A DNA stretch of 64,000 bases. It comes from Syntrophorhabdaceae bacterium (GTDB lineage Bacteria; Desulfobacterota; Syntrophorhabdia; Syntrophorhabdales; Syntrophorhabdaceae). The stretch is from assembly GCA_963665295.1 (NCBI GenBank), contig OY762209.1:512001-576000 (forward strand), read 5' to 3'. The notes beneath the pieces were generated by a model, which was given only the letters and a program-made list of their open reading frames with translations, did no database searches and had not been told where the DNA came from. The translations under genes and the position numbers were made by a program. This document shows positions 38,615 to 48,526 of the stretch, piece after piece (the first letter of the stretch is position 1; every line of letters begins with the position of its first letter).

Positions 38615-38809
38615 GATAAGACCTCCGCAAGACGCATATCTATTTTGCTTTTCCCCCCGGGTGTCGAATCACATTAGAAAGAGTTATGACGGAAGGTTTG
38701 CAGTCTTTGAAACGCTTATGATACCGGTTCGTGACATGAATATTATAGTAGCAGTATGTCCGAGATATTGTCAATAGCTGTGGATAGGGCTTTTCAAAGC
38801 AATTCCGGG

Positions 38810-38895
38810 CCTCACCGTCGCAAAGGTTGATTCCATGGGATTGGTGGTCCCTATGTGCACCCGGTGTTGGGCCGGGAAGTCATAGAAGGCGAAGC
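38810..38895 (-). pseudogene. IS256-family transposase remnant
   Basis: FAFYDFPAQHRVHIGTTNPMESTFATVR matches the conserved IS256 TTN.IES segment. Confidence 0.75.
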
Positions 38896-38997
38896 GCACG
38901 ACCTCCGGTCCGGCGAAGATAGGGAGGGTGGCGTTGCCGCCGACCGGGCAACAGCTACGTTCTTCGGTCGGCGGCAACGCCGGGGGGGAAGGTACTC

Positions 38998-40302
38998 TCA
39001 GTTCGACATAAACACTCCCGGCAGATAAAGTATCAGCTGCGGGAATATGAAGAAGAGTATGATGCAGATGATAAGGGAGATGAGGAACGGGTAGACGCCC
39101 GAGTAGATGATACTCATAGGCACCTTCGTGATGTTCTTCACCACGAATACGCACATGGCGACGGGAGGGATCACGGAGCCCACGCAGACGGTGAGGGAGA
39201 CCATGATGCATGCCCATATGGGGTCGTACCCCATGGAGAGTATGGCGGGGAAGAATATGGGTGTGGCGAGAATCATGAACGCGAGGTCGTCGATGAACGA
39301 CCCTCCTACGAGGTAGACGATAAAGATGATGCTCATGATGATGTGGCGGTTAAGGGGAAGAGTCACTACCCACTGGGCCACGATGTCCGGTATGTTCGTC
39401 ACTGCCACGAAGTGACCGAGCACGCTGGAGGATGCCACGATGAGGAGCACCATGCAGGAAGTCCGTAACGCCTCCAGGATGGAGCGCTTGAGGCCCTGGA
39501 AGTTGATGTCCTTTTTGACGAGGCAGAGGAGAAGGACTGCGAAGGTCCCCACGCTGCCTGCTTCGGTAGGGGTGAAGAAGCCTTTCATAAGGCCCCCGAT
39601 CATGACGCAGAAGATCACGATGGGCCAGATGACGGCGGGCAGGGTCGCCACTCTCTCCTTCCATGAAAAAGGTTCGCATGCGGGCCCTATGGTGGGGTTT
39701 ATCCGCGCCCACCCGAAGATGACCACGAGAAAGAAGAAGGCGAGCATGAGACCGGGGATCACGCCTGCCATGAAGAGCTTCCCTATGGACTGCTGGGTGA
39801 TGATCCCGAGTATGATGAGGATGACGCTCGGGGGGATGAGCACGCCTAAGGTACCCACGGTGGCCACGATGCCTGTTGAGAGTTTCTTGCTGTAGTTGAA
39901 GCGGTCCATCTCGGGGACCGCGACGCTTGCGAAGGTGGCGCAGGTGGCGACCTGGGAGCCGCATATGGCTTTAAAGACCGTGGCCCCTGCCACGGTGGCC
40001 ATGGCAAGGCCTCCGGGGATGTGACCCAGGAACCTGTGGGCACTGTCATAGAGTCTCTTCGCGATACCCGCGTTGAATGCGATCTGTCCCATAAGGACAA
40101 AGAGGGGCACCACGGTGAGGCTGTATGATTCGAGGGCATCGTAGAAGTCATTTGCCAGTATGTTCATGGCAGGGCCGGGGCCGACCACGATCGCATAGCC
40201 CGCAACCCCGATGATCGCCATGGCAAAGGCGAGTTCGATACCCGTCAGGAACAATCCCAACAGGACAACTATTCCGACTATTCCGACAGTTATTTCATCC
40301 AT
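38998..40302 (-). CDS. dctM: TRAP transporter large permease
   Basis: VPLFVLMG, GTLGVLIPPS, GFFTPTEAG; polytopic membrane protein. Confidence 0.93.
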   Translation of the reverse strand: MDEITVGIVGIVVLLGLFLTGIELAFAMAIIGVAGYAIVVGPGPAMNILANDFYDALESYSLTVVPLFVLMGQIAFNAGIAKRLYDSAHRFLGHIPGGLAMATVAGATVFKAICGSQVATCATFASVAVPEMDRFNYSKKLSTGIVATVGTLGVLIPPSVILIILGIITQQSIGKLFMAGVIPGLMLAFFFLVVIFGWARINPTIGPACEPFSWKERVATLPAVIWPIVIFCVMIGGLMKGFFTPTEAGSVGTFAVLLLCLVKKDINFQGLKRSILEALRTSCMVLLIVASSSVLGHFVAVTNIPDIVAQWVVTLPLNRHIIMSIIFIVYLVGGSFIDDLAFMILATPIFFPAILSMGYDPIWACIMVSLTVCVGSVIPPVAMCVFVVKNITKVPMSIIYSGVYPFLISLIICIILFFIFPQLILYLPGVFMSN

Positions 40303-40783
40303 TTTCTTTCTCCACGATGAATATCTTGAAAATATCGCTTATAAGTGCGAAGCATTCGATAAAGAAGCAGAATGCCAGACCAAATGAAGCAGGGAAATAG
40401 GGTATGTGGAGAGTCAGGGAGACCTCGCCGGTTTTGTACAGGTGGATCCCTTTCCGGTAAAGGAAGAAGGAGAGAAGGGCAAAAAGGATTATCCCCATGA
40501 GTCTCGTGACGATGAAGAATGTGTTCTTCACTGCAGGGGAACGGTTCTCGATAAGGAAGTCAACCGCCACGTGCCCTTTTCCCCATGTGGTCTGGGGCAC
40601 GGCGAACCCGACGACTATGGCGCCCGAGACGGCAACCAGTTCGTAGGTCCCGAGTATAGCGGTGCCGAACATGCGGAGCACCACGTCCGCCACGGTGAGC
40701 ATCAGCATAAAGAAAAGCACGACCCCCGCAAGTCCGTTCATCCAACTGCATATCCTCTTGAACACCGCAACAAATGCGCTCAT
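40295..40783 (-). CDS. dctQ: TRAP transporter small permease
   Basis: 4 TM helices; ADVVLR...GHVAVD. Confidence 0.9.
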   Translation of the reverse strand: MSAFVAVFKRICSWMNGLAGVVLFFMLMLTVADVVLRMFGTAILGTYELVAVSGAIVVGFAVPQTTWGKGHVAVDFLIENRSPAVKNTFFIVTRLMGIILFALLSFFLYRKGIHLYKTGEVSLTLHIPYFPASFGLAFCFFIECFALISDIFKIFIVEKENG

Positions 40784-40832
40784 TAAACCTCCTGGAAGAG
40801 GCGCCGGGGAATACTCCCCGGCGCTCTTGTTT

Positions 40833-41858
40833 TTACTTGCTGTTCTTCTTTATGAATTCGCGGGCGAACTTGAGCACCTCGTCGCCGGGAAGGTTCTTCG
40901 CCTTCATGTTCTTTACGTACTCCTCGAAGAGAGGCTGCGCCTTTGCGGCCCAGCGGGCGTCTTCTTCCTTGGAGAGTTTGATGATTTTGTTGCCCCTCTT
41001 GAGGGAGAAGGCTTTGCCCGACTCATCGATGGCCTCCCACACGCGTGCTTCCTTCTCTATCCACTCCTGGTTGATCTGTTCGATGATCTTCTGGTTCTCC
41101 GGAGAGATGCTGTTCCATTTGTCCTTGTTCATGGCAACGATAAAGGTAGCCGTGTACGCGCTGCCGTGGTTCTCGGTCGTATACTTGATTACCTCGCCGA
41201 GCTTCCAGCCTTCGAGGGCCTCGTACGGGCAGAGGAGACCGTCGGCGACACCCTTTGAAAGGGCGTCATAGGCATCGCCCATGGGCATGGCCACAGGGGT
41301 GCCGCCCAGGAGGGACATGAATTTCGCGTTTGAGCCGAAGGTCCTCATCTTCATGCCCTTCAGGTCTTCGAGTTTGTTGACGGGCTTTCTCGAATGGAGG
41401 ATGCCCGGGGTCTGGGCGTGGAAGAACATGACCTTTACGTCATTGAACTCTTTCGGTTTGAACTTCTGGTAGTATGCGTTCACCAGGTGGGTCGATACGT
41501 TGCCGTTCGGATATCCGAGAGGATAGTCGAGGACCTCGGTGAGGGGAAATTTACCCATGGTGTAGCCAAGAACGATATTACCCAGGTCTACCACGCCCTG
41601 GACCACACTGTCATAAGTCTGGGCAGGAGGGGTAAGGGTCGCGCCCGCATACTGGCGGACCTTTATCTTTCCGTTCGTCCTCTTTTCCACTTCCTTACAC
41701 CAGTCCGCAGTGACTACCGCGAGCTTGTGGGTGGGAGGAAAGAAGGTGGAGAACCTTAAGGAAATGGCCTTCTCCTGGGCATAGCCCGATGAAGCCGCCA
41801 TAACCATTACCGCGAAACAGAAGACTGCGAATACACTGATGGTGCTGGAACGTCTCAT
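40833..41858 (-). CDS. dctP: TRAP substrate-binding protein
   Basis: Signal peptide; DLKGMKMR...MPMGDAYDALSKGVADG. Confidence 0.92.
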   Translation of the reverse strand: MRRSSTISVFAVFCFAVMVMAASSGYAQEKAISLRFSTFFPPTHKLAVVTADWCKEVEKRTNGKIKVRQYAGATLTPPAQTYDSVVQGVVDLGNIVLGYTMGKFPLTEVLDYPLGYPNGNVSTHLVNAYYQKFKPKEFNDVKVMFFHAQTPGILHSRKPVNKLEDLKGMKMRTFGSNAKFMSLLGGTPVAMPMGDAYDALSKGVADGLLCPYEALEGWKLGEVIKYTTENHGSAYTATFIVAMNKDKWNSISPENQKIIEQINQEWIEKEARVWEAIDESGKAFSLKRGNKIIKLSKEEDARWAAKAQPLFEEYVKNMKAKNLPGDEVLKFAREFIKKNSK

Positions 41859-41927
41859 AATACCCCCTTTGTTTAGTTGGATTGGTTTTTGCTTCTTACG
41901 CAGGATTACAAGATGGAGCTCTCCTTA

Positions 41928-43277
41928 TTACCATTCATAGAGTCTCCGGTAAAGCCTTCCCCGGCTTATGCCGAGAAGTTTCGCCGCAAGACTTTTGTTT
42001 CCTTCTGTAACTCCCAGAATGTCCCTTATGTACTGCCTTTCGGCGTCTTCGAGGAGGACATTCCCTCCGTGGGTTGCCCGTTCCTGTTCCACACGTTTAC
42101 ACGGCCTGGTCTCAAGGACGTGGAAAGGCAGCTTGTCAACGCCTATTTCCCATTCTCCTTCGGAAAGGAGGACCGCCCTTTCGAGGACGTGTACAAGCTC
42201 TCTCACATTGCCCGGCCACGGATAGTCCGTCAATCGGTCGAGGGCCCGGGACGAAAGGCTCTTTATCGGACCTCCCCTCGAAATCTCCGACAGGAAGTAG
42301 TCCGCGAGGAGGGGAATGTCCTTTTTCCTTTCCCGAAGCGGAGGGATGCGGATGATAAAGGCGCTCAGCCTGTAAAACAAGTCCGCCCTGAAGGTTTTCC
42401 TCCCTGATTCCTCCTCCAGGTCCTTGTTGGTGGCCGACACTATCCGTACATCGACCCTTATCTCCCGCGTATCCCCGAGCTTCCTGAAGGTCCCTGTCTC
42501 TATGACCCTAAGCAGCTTGGCCTGCACCGACGGGTGCATGTCTCCCACTTCGTCTATAAAGAATGTGCCATGGTGCGCAGTCTCGAGAAGACCCGTCTTG
42601 TCGGATTCAGCCCCGGTGAAAGCCCCTTTCTTGTGGCCGAAGAGCTCGCTTTCCAGGATGTTTTCCGGCAGGGTGCTTGCGTTGACGGTGACGAATGGCC
42701 CCCCGCACCGGTCGCTCGCCCGGTGGACGGCCCGAGCCGCCAACTCTTTCCCCGATCCTGTTTCTCCGAGGATGAGCACGGGCGTATCCGAGGGAGCGAC
42801 CAGGGATATCTGTTTCCTGAGGTCCCGGATCTGCCTCGACTTGCCGACAAACCGGTCGTCCACGGCTGAAGCCGCCCTTCCCTCCCCTGCGGCGCGCCTC
42901 ACGTTCCTGCCCCTGTATTTCGTTTCGCAGACTTTGAATACCGTATTCAAGAGGAGGGATACATGGACCGGTTTTACGAGGCAGTCGTAAGCCCCTAGTT
43001 TCATGGAGCTTACCGCAGCGTCCACGGAGGCGCCGCCGATAATCATGATCACTTCCACGAGAGGATGGGAGGCCTTCACCCTATGAAGAAGGTCCACGCC
43101 ATCCATATCGGGAAGGGCAAGGTCAAGGATAGCTATGTCCACCTTTTCCCGCCGGAGGAACTGAAGGGCGTCGGAACCCGTACTCGCGGTAAAAAGACGG
43201 TACCGGTCCCCGGCGAGGTCGGTCCGCACCCTTTCGGCCAACCCGGTTTCATTATCGACTATGAGGATGGAAATCAC
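41928..43277 (-). CDS. Sigma54-dependent response regulator (REC-AAA-Fis HTH)
   Basis: GETGSGKE, ESELFGH, GAFTGA, WPGNVREL. Confidence 0.93.
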   Translation of the reverse strand: MISILIVDNETGLAERVRTDLAGDRYRLFTASTGSDALQFLRREKVDIAILDLALPDMDGVDLLHRVKASHPLVEVIMIIGGASVDAAVSSMKLGAYDCLVKPVHVSLLLNTVFKVCETKYRGRNVRRAAGEGRAASAVDDRFVGKSRQIRDLRKQISLVAPSDTPVLILGETGSGKELAARAVHRASDRCGGPFVTVNASTLPENILESELFGHKKGAFTGAESDKTGLLETAHHGTFFIDEVGDMHPSVQAKLLRVIETGTFRKLGDTREIRVDVRIVSATNKDLEEESGRKTFRADLFYRLSAFIIRIPPLRERKKDIPLLADYFLSEISRGGPIKSLSSRALDRLTDYPWPGNVRELVHVLERAVLLSEGEWEIGVDKLPFHVLETRPCKRVEQERATHGGNVLLEDAERQYIRDILGVTEGNKSLAAKLLGISRGRLYRRLYEW

Positions 43278-43326
43278 TCTTTCTCCACCTGTCCCCTGTT
43301 TCTAAGGTTGCAAAGACTGCGAAAAA

Positions 43327-43938
43327 CTAGCCCCCGTGCGCCTGTTTCAGCTCTATCGAGGGATACCGTTGGTCCGCTCTCACCATTCCGGCGAGGAGCG
43401 TCACCACCGGTCCTATGACAGGGTCGTCTTCGAATGACCTCGTGAAGGAGTCGAGCTTCCGTTCCTTTTCGGACATGTCCATCGTCCGGTCCAGGAGAAA
43501 AAATCTCTCCGCTTCTTTTGTGGTCACCTTTTTGGAAAGGCCCTGCACGATCTTTTTGTATGCGGGGTGTGCCTGAATTCTCTTCGTCTGCCACGGGCGG
43601 AAGCGCCTCTCTTCATCGCTCAAGCGGGTAAGCAATGGTCCGGGGCCGGGAAGTTCAGCCTCATAGTTCTCCACGAACTCCGCGCCGCACTCTGTGAGCA
43701 TCCATCCCGTTTCCAAGGACCCCGTGACGAGTTTCCTGTGGTCTTCGTTTGCGGTCAGGCATTTCAAGACCATGGGCATGTCGATCTGGTCGGGATGCCT
43801 CTGCCAACTGAATCTGCCGGGGGCAAGGCCCCGCGCCGCAACCGCTATGTCCTCCCCATGTGCAAACCGCCCTTCGCCGCCGGCAAAATAGACGGCAAAC
43901 ACCACCACGTCGGTATCAGAAAGATCTTTCCATTCCAT
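43327..43938 (-). CDS. Hypothetical (possible winged-helix) protein
   Basis: AGGAGG RBS before MEWKDL. Confidence 0.65.
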   Translation of the reverse strand: MEWKDLSDTDVVVFAVYFAGGEGRFAHGEDIAVAARGLAPGRFSWQRHPDQIDMPMVLKCLTANEDHRKLVTGSLETGWMLTECGAEFVENYEAELPGPGPLLTRLSDEERRFRPWQTKRIQAHPAYKKIVQGLSKKVTTKEAERFFLLDRTMDMSEKERKLDSFTRSFEDDPVIGPVVTLLAGMVRADQRYPSIELKQAHGG

Positions 43939-44022
43939 TGCGCCCTCCTGTAAGATAATCCTTGCCCGCCTGAGCCGGGCAAGGGAATTCCCCATCCGGA
44001 CTTCTCTACAAACTTCTCACAC

Positions 44023-45171
44023 CTATACGTTGATGCCGAGACTGCGCGCGATAATGAGCTTCATGATCTCCGTAGTGCCCGCAAAGATCGAAAGGGCCCT
44101 GGAGTCACGATATAAACGGCAAATCCTATACTCCTCCATATAACCGTAGCCTCCGTGCAACTGGAGGGCCTGGTAGGCGACCCTGTTGACCATTTCCCCT
44201 GCGTATGCCTTGGCCATGGACACCTTTGTGTTGATATTTTCTCCCTTCATGAACTCTTCCACCAGGGTGCTGAGGAAATTCCGGCCCATCTCCACGTCGA
44301 TAGCCATTTCCGCGAGCTTGAAGGCATTGTGCTGATGGCAGGCCACGGGCTTTCCGAAAACCTCCCGGACCTGGGAATACTTGAGCCCTTCTTTGAAGCA
44401 TTCCTCCGCAAGGGTCTGGCATTTCACCACCACCTCGAGCCTCTCCCGGGCGAGTTTTTCCATCATGTACTTGAATCCCATCCCCTTTTCGCCGAGGAGG
44501 TTCCCCACGGGCACCCTCACATCCTCGAAGCTAAGCTCCGCCGTATCCTGCATGTGGTATCCCATCTTTTCGAGTCTGCGGCCCCTGATGAGGCCGGGTG
44601 TATCCCCTTCCACCACGATAAGACTGATGCTCTTGCCCGGCATGGCGTCCGGGGTCTTGCAGGCGACGATTATGATGTCCGCCACCATGCCGTTGGTAAT
44701 GAAGGTCTTGGCCCCGTTGATGACAAAATGGTCTCCATCCCTTATGGCCTTGGTCCGTAAAGACCCGAGGTCCGAACCCGCGTCCGGCTCCGTAAGGGCA
44801 ATGGCGCATATGGCCTCGCCCGTGGTGGTTTTCGGCAGCAGCCTACGCTTGAGGTCTTCCGTACCGTAGGAGTAAAGGTAGGGGGTTGCCACATCACTGT
44901 GAAGGGGCACGCCCACGCCGAAACCGTCGCCCCGGATCAGTTCCTCGTTGATCATGACGAGGGAGTAGGTAATGTCCACCCCCAGTCCGCCGTACTCTTC
45001 CGGAAGCCAGGGACACAAGAAACCCTGGGACCCCATCTTCTTCCATATTTCCCGGGGGACTGCCCGGTCATGTTCCCACTCCTCGAGATGGGGGGTAATC
45101 TCACGGGCCACAAATTTTCTGAATACCTGCCTAAAATCTTTAAGCTCCTGGCTGTCCTCAAATAAAGGCAT
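44023..45171 (-). CDS. Acyl-CoA dehydrogenase
   Basis: ALTEPDAGSD, NGAKTFITNG, QLHGGYGY, IFAGTTEIM. Confidence 0.95.
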   Translation of the reverse strand: MPLFEDSQELKDFRQVFRKFVAREITPHLEEWEHDRAVPREIWKKMGSQGFLCPWLPEEYGGLGVDITYSLVMINEELIRGDGFGVGVPLHSDVATPYLYSYGTEDLKRRLLPKTTTGEAICAIALTEPDAGSDLGSLRTKAIRDGDHFVINGAKTFITNGMVADIIIVACKTPDAMPGKSISLIVVEGDTPGLIRGRRLEKMGYHMQDTAELSFEDVRVPVGNLLGEKGMGFKYMMEKLARERLEVVVKCQTLAEECFKEGLKYSQVREVFGKPVACHQHNAFKLAEMAIDVEMGRNFLSTLVEEFMKGENINTKVSMAKAYAGEMVNRVAYQALQLHGGYGYMEEYRICRLYRDSRALSIFAGTTEIMKLIIARSLGINV

Positions 45172-45222
45172 GCTCTTTTCCTCCCTTGAGCGAAATATGG
45201 TGTTTCTCCTTCGTTATTTGAC

Positions 45223-45236
45223 TGACCGGCCGGTCA
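45223..45236. promoter_or_regulatory. Operator palindrome TGACCGGCCGGTCA (site 1)
   Basis: Perfect 14 bp palindrome upstream of the acyl-CoA dehydrogenase. Confidence 0.8.
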
Positions 45237-45300
45237 TACCCATGCTCACCTGCGTTATCGACAACCCACCCGAACCGACGGGCCAACCCTCATTAATGAC

Positions 45301-45314
45301 TGACCGGCCGGTCA
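45301..45314. promoter_or_regulatory. Operator palindrome TGACCGGCCGGTCA (site 2)
   Basis: Identical copy. Confidence 0.8.
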
Positions 45315-45344
45315 ATGCAGAAGTGGGAAAAGCGTTTTTCCGCC

Positions 45345-46019
45345 TTATCCTCTTACCTCTCTTTCGGGACCGGCTTGTGCCTGCTTCCTCGCCGACCCTT
45401 TGGGAAGGCGCTCATCCGCTACTTCCATGCCTCTCAAAATGGCGTCGCGGAAAGCCCTCGTGTACGTCTTGTTGGCTTCCGGGGGCGGGCACTCCACATA
45501 CCACTGGAGGAGCATCCCGGTCAGAGTGGCCAGGATGATGCCGGCGTGGATGCGGGTGTCGATATTCTCTCCAATGAGTCCCTCCTTCTTACCCTCTTCG
45601 AGGAAGGTTTCCACGTAAGCGCTGTACCTGCGCTGGATGTCTTTCATCTTTCTTTCCGTATCGGAGCAATTCCCTATGATCTCTCCGAGCAGGGTATGCC
45701 ATACCAGCATAAGCTCCCGGTGGTCCCGCCCGAACTCGGTGGTGTATCTGTAGAAAACCCTGAACCTTTCAAGAAAATCTCCCTTGCACTTGCCCACTTC
45801 TTCGATAACGCCGTCGAGAAACTCGACCGAATATTTGTCCAGGATGCTCCCCAGTATCTCGTCTTTGCTTTTGAAGTGACAGTATACGGTACCCTTGGCT
45901 ATGCCCACGGCCCGCGCGAGGTCTATCACGGATGTTCCCACGAAGCCTTTCGCGAGAAATTGCCTTATGCTCGTATCTATGATGGCGTCCCTTACGGTAT
46001 CGTCTTTCTTCTTGCTCAT
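45345..46019 (-). CDS. TetR/AcrR family regulator
   Basis: F..KGF.GTSV.DLA.AVGIAKGTVY.HFKSKDEI. Confidence 0.93.
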   Translation of the reverse strand: MSKKKDDTVRDAIIDTSIRQFLAKGFVGTSVIDLARAVGIAKGTVYCHFKSKDEILGSILDKYSVEFLDGVIEEVGKCKGDFLERFRVFYRYTTEFGRDHRELMLVWHTLLGEIIGNCSDTERKMKDIQRRYSAYVETFLEEGKKEGLIGENIDTRIHAGIILATLTGMLLQWYVECPPPEANKTYTRAFRDAILRGMEVADERLPKGSARKQAQAGPEREVRG

Positions 46020-46050
46020 AGCTTTCCTCTTCACTTTGACCACCAACCTA

Positions 46051-46064
46051 TGACCGGCCGGTCA
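46051..46064. promoter_or_regulatory. Operator palindrome TGACCGGCCGGTCA (site 3)
   Basis: Identical copy upstream of tetR, adjacent to a minus-strand TTGACT. Confidence 0.8.
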
Positions 46065-46223
46065 GTCAAATAAAAGTGATGATACTACACCCCAATTTCG
46101 CATGTCAACAAAAAAATGAGTCTCCCCTTCTCTTTCTTCCACCCGCCAGCCGGCCGGGGGCTTGCGTCCCGGCCCGGAGGGGAACTATATTTCATGTGTA
46201 GAGCCCAAACAAGGAGGCGGAAG

Positions 46224-46604
46224 ATGATGAAAACCCTCGTGTGCGCATTAATTGTTGTTTTCACCTTCGCCGGAATCTCATGTACCACGTCGAATTACAA
46301 CACCCAGTCGGGGGCTGCCATAGGGGCAGGCCTGGGCGCGATCGCGGGGCAGGCTATAGGCCGCAATACCGCGGGCACCTTGATAGGTCTCGCCGGGGGC
46401 GCCCTCGTGGGGGCCATCGTGGGAAATGCGGTGGACCAGAACGAGATGAACAGGAGGCTGGAGTGGGAAAGGCAGAGGCGGGCCTACGCCTACCCGAGCG
46501 GCCGGCAGGAAGCGCCTCCCGGACAGTGGGTAGAGGTGCCGGGCCAATGGGTGGGAGGAAGATGGGTGCCTGCCCACAGGGCATGGGTTCCCGTGAACCC
46601 TTGA
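46224..46604 (+). CDS. Glycine-zipper lipoprotein
   Basis: Lipobox-like GISC; GAAIGAGLGAIAG...GGALVGAIVG; WVxVPGxW tail. Confidence 0.85.
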   Translation: MMKTLVCALIVVFTFAGISCTTSNYNTQSGAAIGAGLGAIAGQAIGRNTAGTLIGLAGGALVGAIVGNAVDQNEMNRRLEWERQRRAYAYPSGRQEAPPGQWVEVPGQWVGGRWVPAHRAWVPVNP

Positions 46605-46691
46605 CGGGTTTGCCGGGATGCGACCCGGCGCGGGTCACCCGCCGCCCCGTCGCGACACGGGCGCAAGCGCCGCGATAACTCAGGAGGTAGG

Positions 46692-47258
46692 ATGATGAAG
46701 AAGACAATTGCCTTATCACTCTCAATGGTTCTCGTACTGTGCGGCGTGTCGGCGGTCATGGTGTGGGCCGATGACGCCCCCATGGGCACCAAAGTGTTCG
46801 ACGAGAAGGGGTTCGGGTATGCCATACAATACCCCGACAATTGGCTTTATTACACCCAGCAGGCCCATACCGCGGTCTTTATCGGAAAGGGGCCGGGAGA
46901 CAGGAGCCTGCCCACGGTAATGATAAAGAGCCTCTTCTCGGACAAGGCGGGCGGCACTTTCAAGGACGTGGACAGCGTGATCGCGGACCTGGAGAAACAG
47001 TTACGAGCCGCGGAGCAAGCCATAGTCTTTAACCCCGAGCCTTTCGTCTACGCAAGGGACGGCCTCAACCTGAAAGGAAAGCAGGTCGTGACGGAATACA
47101 CCCTCAAGGACGAGAAATTCAAGGAATGGGCGTTGGTCCTGCCCCGCCTCAACGGGGAGGCCTTCTTTGTGTGGGCCTATACGGCCCCCCGGAAGGCCTA
47201 TGACGAGTACCTCCCCGTGGCGAAAGCCATGTTCCACTCATGGGTCATCAAGGATTAG
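46692..47258 (+). CDS. Exported protein, PsbP-like
   Basis: Signal peptide; GYAIQYPDNW...MFHSW. Confidence 0.7.
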   Translation: MMKKTIALSLSMVLVLCGVSAVMVWADDAPMGTKVFDEKGFGYAIQYPDNWLYYTQQAHTAVFIGKGPGDRSLPTVMIKSLFSDKAGGTFKDVDSVIADLEKQLRAAEQAIVFNPEPFVYARDGLNLKGKQVVTEYTLKDEKFKEWALVLPRLNGEAFFVWAYTAPRKAYDEYLPVAKAMFHSWVIKD

Positions 47259-47324
47259 ACCCCTCCTGCCTCTCACGAGGCGTTCTCTGTATCAGGGCGC
47301 CCGCGGGCCCGTGTCCGCGGGCGT

Positions 47325-48320
47325 TCATTTTTGTCCCCCCTGCCGGGCATCCTGAAACCGCCGGAGCAGCGCCTTTACGTCCTCTGTCTTGAAGATATCG
47401 AGGTCGGCGAGGGTTGCCGCCTTTGCGCGGAAGGACGCTTTGTCGGGAGACTCGTCTACTGCCAGTCCTGCTTCTTTCAGCTTATGAAGGAAATCTGCCT
47501 CGCTCGCGCGGCTCCACCTCCGCTCATAACGCGCCGCTTCCTTCATGGACACTTCGATAAGGGCCCGGTCCCATGCGGGAAGATTCCGGAACCATCGCAG
47601 GTTCGCCACCGCGATGTGGGAAGAATAGACGTGGCCCGTAAGGCTCAGGTACTTCTGCCCTTTATAAAACCGGTTCGACCATATGGCGGAAAAGGGGTTC
47701 TCCTGGCCGTCTATCGCCCCCGCCTCCAGCCCCTTCTCCACCGCTTCCAGGGACCCTATGGGCAAGACCCTCGCACCGAAAACCTGCCATAGTGCCTCGT
47801 GAAGAGACGATTCCATGACACGTATCCGAAGCCCTTTCACGTCCTCCACGGTATGGACCGGTCTCCTGCTGTTGGTCAGGTGACGGAAACCGTTTTCCGA
47901 GAAGGCGAGACCTTTGAACCCCGCCTTTTCGAGCCGCCCGAGCATCTCCGCACCCAGGGGGCCTTCGAGCGCCGCGTCCGCCTGCTGGTACGTGTCAAAA
48001 AGATAGGGATAGTCGATCACCTTGATCTCCGGCACAAACTCGTCAAAGGGGCCCGACGTGACAATGCCCATCTCGATGCCGCCCCTCTGGATAAGCTTCA
48101 ATATGTCGGTTTCCGTTCCCAGGGAACCGCTGTCACGGATCGTTACACGAAGGGAGGACTTGCTTTCCAGAAGACGTTTGAAATATTCCGCCGCCACGTT
48201 CTGGGCCGCCCCCGGTCTCGTGACCACGCCGAGTCTGATCGTTTCCTCAGCCGGCGCGGCGGATACCCCGAAAAACGACGCAACCACGGCCAGCGCGATA
48301 ACCAGTTTACCGACTCGCAT
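47325..48320 (-). CDS. dctP: Orphan TRAP substrate-binding protein
   Basis: ENGFRHLTNS..PV...DVKGLRIRV, IDGQENP; start MRVGKL. Confidence 0.9.
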   Translation of the reverse strand: MRVGKLVIALAVVASFFGVSAAPAEETIRLGVVTRPGAAQNVAAEYFKRLLESKSSLRVTIRDSGSLGTETDILKLIQRGGIEMGIVTSGPFDEFVPEIKVIDYPYLFDTYQQADAALEGPLGAEMLGRLEKAGFKGLAFSENGFRHLTNSRRPVHTVEDVKGLRIRVMESSLHEALWQVFGARVLPIGSLEAVEKGLEAGAIDGQENPFSAIWSNRFYKGQKYLSLTGHVYSSHIAVANLRWFRNLPAWDRALIEVSMKEAARYERRWSRASEADFLHKLKEAGLAVDESPDKASFRAKAATLADLDIFKTEDVKALLRRFQDARQGGQK

Positions 48321-48526
48321 GGAATACCTCCTCACAAAGTGATATAAATAGGAAAGAATAACAAGAGGGCTCGGAATAGTCCACCGAAAAACCCGGAGAC
48401 AGGGTACATAGCAGGGGAAGCGCGGTGGTGGTACATCAATTGCAGGTATTCTGTTGAACGCGGCAGGCGATTCCCGCGACAAGGCGGGATTTCGCGCCCA
48501 TACCCGACACGACTGAAGGCGAGGAA

